A stretch of 64,000 nt of DNA from positions 1 to 64,000 of IMG/VR virus record IMGVR_UViG_3300046653_000093. The stretch is one strand, 5' to 3'. Below the pieces are notes generated by a model. The model saw nothing but the letters and a program-made list of their open reading frames with translations. It did not search any database and was not told the origin of the DNA. Numbering within the stretch: position 1 is the stretch's first letter; the number at the start of each line of letters is the position of its first letter. The translations under genes were made by a program, and so were the position numbers. Shown piece after piece: positions 56,727-64,000 of this stretch.

Positions 56727-58451
56727 ATGAAAATAGCATCAAGATGGGCGATTGCCGGCCTTGGGCTGGTAGCAGTCTGGTTCTCCATACCGCTTGGGCT
56801 GACAGCCTACGTGAACAGCAAGTATGGCCCTGAGATACGGGCCGGTCATATCAGCATAGTGCCACTGCCGGCTAAACTGCCGTGGGGTTTAGATTGTGCT
56901 CGGCTGCGTAATGTTCAAATTGCCAACAAACAATGGTATGTTGATGGATATACAGCTACAATATCTGGAACAGTAAATTCGGCAGTTGCTTGTTATAGAA
57001 CAAAAACAATACACGCTGATGGCGGCAAGCTTAATGTTGTTTTAGATAAATCTTCTGGTAATAAATCTGCTAGTGGTACGGGGCCACATGGATTTTACAT
57101 TACAGCAAAGAACATTGAATTACACTTAGCAAGTGGTAATATATCAGTAGACGCATTTAATGCATCACTAAGCTCACAAACAATATGTGCTGACAAGGTT
57201 ATTGCGTCACATCCAAAAGCAGACGCGGTAATATTCAATACTTGCATTTATACAAAAGAAAAATACGCCAAAGCGTATAAGGGATCTATCGCTCCTAAGT
57301 TAGAAGTAAAGGGACATAAGATTGAGGAGATATCTTTCACAGGACTGTCAAGAATCTCAAGGAGCGAATTTAGTGTTGGAACGATCAAATACGAAGAAAA
57401 CATAGCTACAGGTGTTCATGCTGAAATTAAGGATGGCCTTGTTTCAATAGACATCGGATACTTCTCAGCTTCTCATAGAAGATTATTCACTTCACCATTA
57501 GGTGTACGAAAAATAAACATCTCAAACATCTCAAAAGACGATCCTCTCTCAAGCAATATTACTATAGGTATTGATGATAAGGTAACTGTTTTGGTAGATG
57601 TCGAGAATCGTCGTGTCTCTGGAAAAGACACCTGTAATAATTGGCTTGGAGTAGTCCCAGAAGAATTAAAGTCAGGACCAATAGGCCAGATGAGCGTAAA
57701 GGGAAACTTTGGTTTCGACATAAAATTAGAAAAGCCAATATCCCTGAAGATAAATAGCACATGCAGTATCGATGGACCAACTCCACAATTCATTACAGAA
57801 CTTGGGAAGCCATTCAAATATACTGCATACCATCCGGATGGCACTCCATTTGAGCGCACGGCTGGGCCTGGAACTAATGACTGGATTCCTCTGGATTTTG
57901 TTGACAACATGGCCACTGCCCTGACAATCACAGAAGATCCTGGATTTTGGCACCATCGTGGTATAATCCCTCAAGCTCTGGAAAATTCACTCAAGGACGA
58001 TATGCGCCTCGGAAAGTTCTTTCGAGGCGGCAGCACCATCACGATGCAGCTTGCCAAGAACCTCTGGTTGAACCGTACCAGAACGCTAGGACGCAAATTA
58101 CAAGAAGGCATTCTCACGATTGCATTAGAGAGCTGTCTTAGCAAAGAAAAGATACTTGAGTTATATTTGAATGTGGTTGAATTTGGTCCAAACATTTATG
58201 GCATAGGACCTGGATGTGCCAAGTTCCTAAAGAAGTATCCTGGAGAGATTAATATCTCTGAGGCCCTGTATATGGCAACTAGATTGCCATCTCCAAACAA
58301 AGCTCATTCATATGAAGCTAATAAAGGATTCATTAATAAGCTAATAGCCATTGGCGTTGCCTCTGGAAAGATCTCTGAAGAAGAGTTGGCTAACGAGCTT
58401 CAGGCTGAACAGGCCAAAGAAGCTGAGTCAGAAAATGAAGAGGACGACTGA
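56727..58451 (+). CDS. biosynthetic peptidoglycan transglycosylase (GT51, MtgA-like) with N-terminal extension
   Basis: TEDPGFWHHRG, RGGSTITMQLAKNLWL, RKLQE, SKEKILELYLNVVEFG..YGI. Confidence 0.9.
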   Translation: MKIASRWAIAGLGLVAVWFSIPLGLTAYVNSKYGPEIRAGHISIVPLPAKLPWGLDCARLRNVQIANKQWYVDGYTATISGTVNSAVACYRTKTIHADGGKLNVVLDKSSGNKSASGTGPHGFYITAKNIELHLASGNISVDAFNASLSSQTICADKVIASHPKADAVIFNTCIYTKEKYAKAYKGSIAPKLEVKGHKIEEISFTGLSRISRSEFSVGTIKYEENIATGVHAEIKDGLVSIDIGYFSASHRRLFTSPLGVRKINISNISKDDPLSSNITIGIDDKVTVLVDVENRRVSGKDTCNNWLGVVPEELKSGPIGQMSVKGNFGFDIKLEKPISLKINSTCSIDGPTPQFITELGKPFKYTAYHPDGTPFERTAGPGTNDWIPLDFVDNMATALTITEDPGFWHHRGIIPQALENSLKDDMRLGKFFRGGSTITMQLAKNLWLNRTRTLGRKLQEGILTIALESCLSKEKILELYLNVVEFGPNIYGIGPGCAKFLKKYPGEINISEALYMATRLPSPNKAHSYEANKGFINKLIAIGVASGKISEEELANELQAEQAKEAESENEEDD

Positions 58452-58699
58452 TGTCTGCTAGGCAGATAAAGACCGCACGCTAAACTGGAGATAATATGTC
58501 AATCAGAAAAGTAAAAGATAATACTTGGTTGAAGCCAAAACAATGCAAACACCTAGAACATAATCCACCTGGGTACATAGATCTACGGCCAGGTACATAT
58601 ATTCATAAATGTCCTGGTTGTGGTAAAGAACAAACATTGACGATTCAAGATTACGAATGTGCTTGATATATAATGGGGTGAAGGGAAATATATAACCAG

Positions 58700-59191
58700 A
58701 TGTCTTCTGTATTGTTTGAGTTCAATATACAAGGAACACTTGAGCATGCATTTGCAATAGCAGCATTCTATCACTCTGGTATAAAAGACAAAGGCGGACA
58801 ACCATACTTCAAACATCCCCTTTGGATTGCCTCTGAGCTTCTTTACAGAGGATCAACTGATACAGAGATTTCTGTCGGAATACTGCATGATGTAGTTGAA
58901 GACACATCAGTAACGTTTGATATGTTACGAGAGTGGAGGTTCTCTGAAGAAATTATTGACGCCGTAAATGCTTTGACTAAGCGCGACGGAGAAGAAAGAT
59001 GGGACTACATTGCAAGGGTAGCTCAAAATAGAATAGCTAAGAAGATTAAGCTTCTTGATCTACGTCACAATATGGACATAACAAGATTGAAGAATAGAGG
59101 AAATCTTCAAGATAAAGATCTTCAAAGAATAAAGAGCTATGCCAGAGAATATGAGTTTCTTTCTGGTGGTTGTATAGGACCTATTTTCTAA
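58700..59191 (+). CDS. HD-domain hydrolase, RelA/SpoT hydrolase (Mesh1-like)
   Basis: DKGGQPYFKHP, LHDVVEDT, IKLLDLRHN. Confidence 0.87.
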   Translation: MSSVLFEFNIQGTLEHAFAIAAFYHSGIKDKGGQPYFKHPLWIASELLYRGSTDTEISVGILHDVVEDTSVTFDMLREWRFSEEIIDAVNALTKRDGEERWDYIARVAQNRIAKKIKLLDLRHNMDITRLKNRGNLQDKDLQRIKSYAREYEFLSGGCIGPIF

Positions 59192-59419
59192 TGTCTATGA
59201 ACTTAGTAGTGCATACCAAAGGAGAGATAACAACTCCAAATGGATTTAAGCGAGAGCTTGGAGAGTATGGCCCGATAAGGCATACTACAACAGAAGACTC
59301 TTACAAAATAATTAATAGCGGATTAGACAGCAAAGGTAAATACAATCTCTATAGAAAGAAGTATGGAGATCCTGGAAATAATTTGAGATTGTGGATGGAG
59401 ATTAGAGAGGCTGAAGGAT

Positions 59420-59968
59420 TTGAAATTGTCTGGGAGGTTAGGTAGCATACGAAGTATCTACGAGAGCATTGGAGTTGAGGCCTTCTACTCCAGCGAAATG
59501 AGGTACGAGAATCCGCACGCCCTCGAAGTCGAAGCGCTGCTCCGGAATAATAGCGCGATCTTGCCGCTTGAGAATGTCCTGGACCTGGCCTGCGGAACCG
59601 GCCTAGTTACCAGTTTCCTCAAGAAGCTTGGGTATTGCGCAACGGGACTTGACCCGTTTCGTAACGTTGAGTACACTACTCTCACTGGATGTCCGTGCTA
59701 TCGGATGTCTTTCAAGGACATTGTAAATGACGGCCTGCCTCAAGAGTTCTCCTGTATAATTTGCAGCTTCGCATTGCATCTGTGCAAACACAGTATGTTG
59801 CCAGATTTACTTTGGCGATTATCAGAGAGATCAAATACCCTTGTGGTAATATCACCTACTAAATTTCCTATCATTGGAAATCCCGAGGTCGAGAACTTCT
59901 GCTTGACCTCCGCTAATAAGCGGATACAGTTCCGCTCATATAATCTACCAATATTTCAGAATATCTAA
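59420..59968 (+). CDS. class I SAM-dependent methyltransferase
   Basis: VLDLACGTG, GLDP, CSFALHL. Confidence 0.85.
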   Translation: MKLSGRLGSIRSIYESIGVEAFYSSEMRYENPHALEVEALLRNNSAILPLENVLDLACGTGLVTSFLKKLGYCATGLDPFRNVEYTTLTGCPCYRMSFKDIVNDGLPQEFSCIICSFALHLCKHSMLPDLLWRLSERSNTLVVISPTKFPIIGNPEVENFCLTSANKRIQFRSYNLPIFQNI

Positions 59969-59969
59969 T

Positions 59970-60040
59970 GGGACCGTGGTGAAGAGGGATCACGCAACAC
60001 TGGCAGTGTTGACTCGCGAGTTCGATTCTCGCCGGCTCCA
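59970..60040 (+). tRNA. tRNA-Ala(GGC)
   Basis: CAACA-CTGGCAG-TGTTG; G3:U70. Confidence 0.8.
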
Positions 60041-60240
60041 CAAGGTGCAATATGCATCCTCTTGGAAGTAGAAAAGATCATAGTTTTGATTCTGATGGTC
60101 AAATCAAGGCAACTCGTGGCCGTGCCGCCAATGAAGAGGAAGCCTTGATTCGTGAGCAATTCAATGAATGCCTCGCTTGTGGAAGGCACGAACAACTAGC
60201 ATGCGCTGATTGCCCAGCTCGGCAGATCAAGTAATATTTT

Positions 60241-60312
60241 GCCCCCATAGCTCAATGGAAGAGTGTCTGCCTTCTAAGCAGGTTGTTGAAAGTTCGAATC
60301 TTTCTGGGGGTA
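60241..60312 (+). tRNA. tRNA-Arg(TCT)
   Basis: TCTGC-CTTCTAA-GCAGG. Confidence 0.87.
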
Positions 60313-60324
60313 CTAAGAGGACTA

Positions 60325-60846
60325 ATGATTAGTTACGAAAAAGCAGTCGATATTCAAACTAAAGCCGAGAAGGCGTATGCAAAAGCATCAGCGCAATTGC
60401 AAGAAGCCAATAGTACATTGGAAGCTTTGAAGCGTGAACTTGAAATTGAATGCAGTACTTGTCACAAGACAACAAAGGTTAAGGATATCGAACTAATCGC
60501 TAGAAAGTCAGGAGGATATCAAAGTTACGATCATGGAGAGTGGCAATATAACACTAGGGTATGTTGGGTTTGCAAACATTGCACAACTCCGCAATCACTA
60601 CCCAGTGAAACAGAAGGCCCGTTCGCAAAGAAGCCACCATTTAAATATGGCTTTGATCATTATGTCAAAGCTGTTCATGAGTGGTATTCTGATAACGAAC
60701 GTTGTCACGGGAGAGTTCTGCAATTATTAGGGCCACATCTACAAAGAGAAGAGGATCTTCTGCGCAAGAAAGAAAAGGAAAGAAAAATTGAAGAAGCTAA
60801 AAAATTACTTGCAGACGAGGGTATATTAGGTAATACTGAAGCATAA
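60325..60846 (+). CDS. hypothetical Zn-ribbon/coiled-coil protein
   Basis: GAGG SD; two CxxC. Confidence 0.65.
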   Translation: MISYEKAVDIQTKAEKAYAKASAQLQEANSTLEALKRELEIECSTCHKTTKVKDIELIARKSGGYQSYDHGEWQYNTRVCWVCKHCTTPQSLPSETEGPFAKKPPFKYGFDHYVKAVHEWYSDNERCHGRVLQLLGPHLQREEDLLRKKEKERKIEEAKKLLADEGILGNTEA

Positions 60847-60854
60847 TTTAGAAC

Positions 60855-60932
60855 GCCGATGTAGTTCAATTGGTAGAACGCCAGTTTCATAAGCTGGGTC
60901 TTGTGTGGGTTCGACTCCCTCTATCGGCACCA
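60855..60932 (+). tRNA. tRNA-Met(CAT)
   Basis: CCAGT-TTCATAA-GCTGG; ACCA end. Confidence 0.82.
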
Positions 60933-61425
60933 AATGTTTGACGATCTACTATATAGCCTGACCACCACACGCGAGCCGCTAGCGGCGGCGTGTAGGAATA
61001 GTTATGGCAAATCACAAGCGGCGAAAGCCTAAGAATAGTAGATCTGGATGTTTGATGTGTAAGTATTGGAAGATTAATGGCTTCTCCCCAAAAGAGAAGA
61101 TGAAGTTTTCCGAATACCGAAGATACTCTGATGCTGCGGAACAGATGAAGGACGTCTGATTCTAGCAGAAGGATAGGTAATATGTTTGATACTAGTTAGG
61201 TAACCTTCTCTTCAAAAAGGAGGTGCCTATGCAATATTGCAAATGGTGTGCTCTCGTTCGCGAGCTGAGTAAAGACGAAACTGGCCACAGTAAGGTGGGC
61301 ATGTGCCGTCAATGCTACAGAAAAGAGCACAAGACGGATACGATAGTCGATAGAAAAAGACTAAGAAAATCCAGAAAGTAAGTAAACTGGAACCGAGACG
61401 TTTGTCAACTCAAGCGTCTCGTCAC

Positions 61426-61498
61426 GGGGCTGTAGCTCAACTGGGAGAGCGCTAGACCTGCAATCTAGAGGTTGTCGGTTCGATTCCGATCAGCTCCA
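61426..61498 (+). tRNA. tRNA-Ala(TGC)
   Basis: GGGGCTG acceptor; CTAGA-CCTGCAA-TCTAG. Confidence 0.88.
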
Positions 61499-61503
61499 CT
61501 TAC

Positions 61504-61575
61504 GGGGTCGTGTATAGGGATACAGATTTCCTTTGCAAGGAAATTTTGCGAGTTCAATTCTCGACGGCTCCACCA
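61504..61575 (+). tRNA. tRNA-Ala(TGC), short D-arm
   Basis: TTTCC-TTTGCAA-GGAAA; ACCA end. Confidence 0.72.
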
Positions 61576-61577
61576 AC

Positions 61578-61649
61578 GCTAGCTTTGCGCAATGGTAACG
61601 CACTTGTCTTGTAAACAAGTCCATATCAGTTCGAATCTGATAGCTAGCT
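61578..61649 (+). tRNA. tRNA-Thr(TGT)
   Basis: CTTGT-CTTGTAA-ACAAG. Confidence 0.85.
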
Positions 61650-61655
61650 CTACTT

Positions 61656-61727
61656 GCTGACTTGGTGCTAACGGAAGCATGTCTGTTTCGTAATCAGAAG
61701 GTATCAGTTCAATTCTGATAGTCAGCT
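61656..61727 (+). tRNA. tRNA-Thr(CGT)
   Basis: loop TTCGTAA. Confidence 0.82.
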
Positions 61728-62002
61728 CAACGGATAATTTTGTATTTATATAGGAGTAATAGTTAAGTAATCAAGTCGCTCCAAAGAGGTGATAAATGGT
61801 TACGGTAAAAGAAGCAATCATAAGAGTGGTAGCTGAAAAGCTTCGAGAATATTACCTTCGTGGTATTAGAGATGCCCGCATTGAAGTATCTGAAAACTCA
61901 ATGCCAAGTATTCTTGAAACATTTGATGCTGGAGATTTTGATAATGCATATGATCAACATGTCTGGCTAAAAATAGCAGAGAACATCATAGATATGTAAC
62001 AT

Positions 62003-62073
62003 GCCCATGTAGTATAATGACATTACATTTCCTTGGTAAGGAAAAAAATCTGGTTTGATTCCAGCCTTGGGCT
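62003..62073 (+). tRNA. tRNA-Thr(GGT)
   Basis: TTTCC-TTGGTAA-GGAAA. Confidence 0.75.
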
Positions 62074-62117
62074 CTAATAGTAGTTCGATTCAGAATTCAG
62101 CTGATATATGCCAACGC

Positions 62118-62762
62118 ATGAGAGCTGGATTAACATACGAAGAAGCCGGTAAACTTGGGGCAATTGCTTACGCCAAAACAGCAGCTACTCTAAAGCAACA
62201 AAGAGTAGATAATTGGAACAATAATCCTAAGCTTTGTAAGGCATGTAGTAGCGCAATTCCATACGAGAAGCGTCAGAATAATTTCTGCAGCCACAAATGT
62301 TCGGCAGCATTTAATAACAAGGGAATTAGAAGAAATGGTAACGCACCAATAAGCTGCCTCAACTGCGCAACTGAAACTCACAACCCAAAGTTTTGCTCTT
62401 CTAATTGTGCGCTTGAATGGAATTGGAAAGAGGCAAAGCAGCATTTGATAGACACTGGAGTCGATGAATCTTGTGCTAATAAAATTGGTAAAAGATATCT
62501 GATAGAATTGCACGGTAGATGCCAGCAGTGCTTGTCATCTGAGTGGCAAGGAAAAGCAATCCCGTTAGTTCTAGATCATATCAACGGAAACCCATATGAT
62601 AACTCATTACCAAATCTCAGGGTAATATGTCCTAATTGCGACGCTCAAACCCCAACCTTTGCAGGAAGGAATAGAGGCAATGGTAGGTTTGAGAGAGCGA
62701 AGCGTTATAAGTTTGAGAAAGATACATTTTGTGATCTAAACAGATCACAATGGAAACATTAA
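62118..62762 (+). CDS. HNH homing endonuclease with Zn-finger repeats
   Basis: FCSxxC repeats; LVLDHINGNPYDNSLPNLRVICPNCD. Confidence 0.88.
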   Translation: MRAGLTYEEAGKLGAIAYAKTAATLKQQRVDNWNNNPKLCKACSSAIPYEKRQNNFCSHKCSAAFNNKGIRRNGNAPISCLNCATETHNPKFCSSNCALEWNWKEAKQHLIDTGVDESCANKIGKRYLIELHGRCQQCLSSEWQGKAIPLVLDHINGNPYDNSLPNLRVICPNCDAQTPTFAGRNRGNGRFERAKRYKFEKDTFCDLNRSQWKH

Positions 62763-63427
62763 TTTGCATAAACCCGCATAGAAGTATGGTTTCCAAAATT
62801 TCTATCGTCGGGGTTGATGATAGTGTATGTCCCGCAGATCTAGTTGATATTTCACAGACCTTTCAGTTTGTTGAGTGGGGCGTTAATCTATGCCCTGAAC
62901 AAGAACAGAGGCCTGGACACCCCTCATCCGAATGGCTTGAAGAACTACTACCTTGCGCTGAAGATCTCCGATTGCGCGGAATCCTGCACGGCCGCTGGGA
63001 AAATGATGTGCTTGAAGGTGCTCCATCGCTAAAGGAGGAACGTCCAGATATCTGGGCAGCTTTTAGATGGTTGCAAGTTGACATCAGGAAAGATCCAAAG
63101 AAGATATTAACATCACTGCAACATTACCCAGATAAGATTATTCTATATACAAATCTAGAGCCAACATTTTCATCTAGGATTCTATTACCAAGAAATAAGA
63201 TATTTACATGTCTTGATTATTGTGGATACGATTTACTTGAGTCTGACCTTGATTGGTTGTGCCAAGAAACGAAGAAGTCATTTTGGGTAAGCATCGAGGG
63301 ATTTAGATCTGATGACGAGATTACCATGGACCTCTCTAGGGTAGTGAAGTTTTTGAATAGGGCAGAAGATTTTGTCACCCATGATAGTTTGGTGAAATCT
63401 CTGCGTCATAAGGGTTATCGAATATGA
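62750..63427 (+). CDS. hypothetical protein (possible TIM-barrel)
   Basis: IVGVDDSV..FVEWGV..PSSEWL. Confidence 0.6.
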   Translation: METLICINPHRSMVSKISIVGVDDSVCPADLVDISQTFQFVEWGVNLCPEQEQRPGHPSSEWLEELLPCAEDLRLRGILHGRWENDVLEGAPSLKEERPDIWAAFRWLQVDIRKDPKKILTSLQHYPDKIILYTNLEPTFSSRILLPRNKIFTCLDYCGYDLLESDLDWLCQETKKSFWVSIEGFRSDDEITMDLSRVVKFLNRAEDFVTHDSLVKSLRHKGYRI

Positions 63428-64000
63428 TCCTGAACCACATCAAGCAAATCGCACATTCCAACTACTCCGAAGAGATTCGGCATGTAACGAAGGAAGAGGT
63501 AGCCGCCCTAAGTTCACTTGACCTATCAATGCTTCACTCAATCATGATTGGGCCGCATGTAAGTTTGGCGTTAGCGGTACTTCAGCGTATTGGTTTCTTT
63601 GAAGATCTCATCCCGGAGATTCAGGAAGGGCTTGACCTCAAGAGTTCGAAGCACTTCAAAGAAATCTGGCCGCATACGATTCAGGTAGTTGGACAAACTC
63701 CGCCGGTTATCAACATTCGCTGGGCGGCACTGTTTCACGATCTGGGTAAGGCTAAGGCATTCGATATCAAGAACAACAAGGTTACATTCCATAACCACGA
63801 ACATATCAGCGCATACATCTTCGATCAGTTTGCAAAGCGTACTGGGATTTTCAGTAACGGACAGCGAAGATCTATCCGATTCCTTGTAGCCAATTTGGGT
63901 TATGTTGAAGCGTATGATAGCTCTTGGACTGATACCGCCGTACGTAGGTTTGATAAGGAAGTTAGTATTTTTATTGATGACCTCTTGACTTTATCCGAGG
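63425..64000 (+). CDS. HD-domain protein related to the tRNA nucleotidyltransferase C-terminal region (runs off the window)
   Basis: open frame from ATG 63425: LIPEI..IWPHTIQVV..WAALFHDLGK..FHNHEHISA. Confidence 0.8.

Noticed and set aside
1-64000. Genome-wide TAG reassignment (genetic code 15)
   Set aside because: Long conserved genes are uninterrupted in code 11, and NadM-Nudix and PhoH end at TAG at the expected family C-terminus; I saw in-frame TAGs only in the 52529 gene
1-64000. CRISPR array or cas genes
   Set aside because: No regularly spaced direct repeats; the only RuvC protein is TnpB within IS607; the 23-bp repeat has two abutting copies and no spacer

Overview
The window reads as part of a large (jumbo-type) bacteriophage genome. 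It has dense short hypothetical ORFs, about 44 tRNA genes in two arrays (28.4-40.1 kb and 60.0-62.1 kb, plus singletons), several HNH homing endonucleases and many auxiliary metabolic genes: panD, NadM-Nudix, NAD kinase, PIN-PhoH, carbonic anhydrase-like, two PTH2-like genes, a 2H phosphoesterase, HD hydrolases, an ABC/OmpA operon and a peptidoglycan transglycosylase. I recognised no capsid, terminase or polymerase gene. Several host-like genes suggest a myxobacterial host (inference). Main highlights: (1) a PTH2-like gene with two in-frame TAG codons lies 17 nt upstream of an amber-suppressor tRNA(CUA), although TAG is a normal stop elsewhere in the window; (2) two or three circularly permuted tRNA-mimic RNAs with YrlA-type Y RNA architecture; (3) a frameshifted major vault protein homologue; (4) a cargo-carrying IS607/TnpB element inserted at a GG inside panD; (5) two fixed-spacing motifs directly upstream of SD-less start codons. 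All calls come from reading motifs by eye. No database searches were run, and RNA gene ends are approximate to a few nt.
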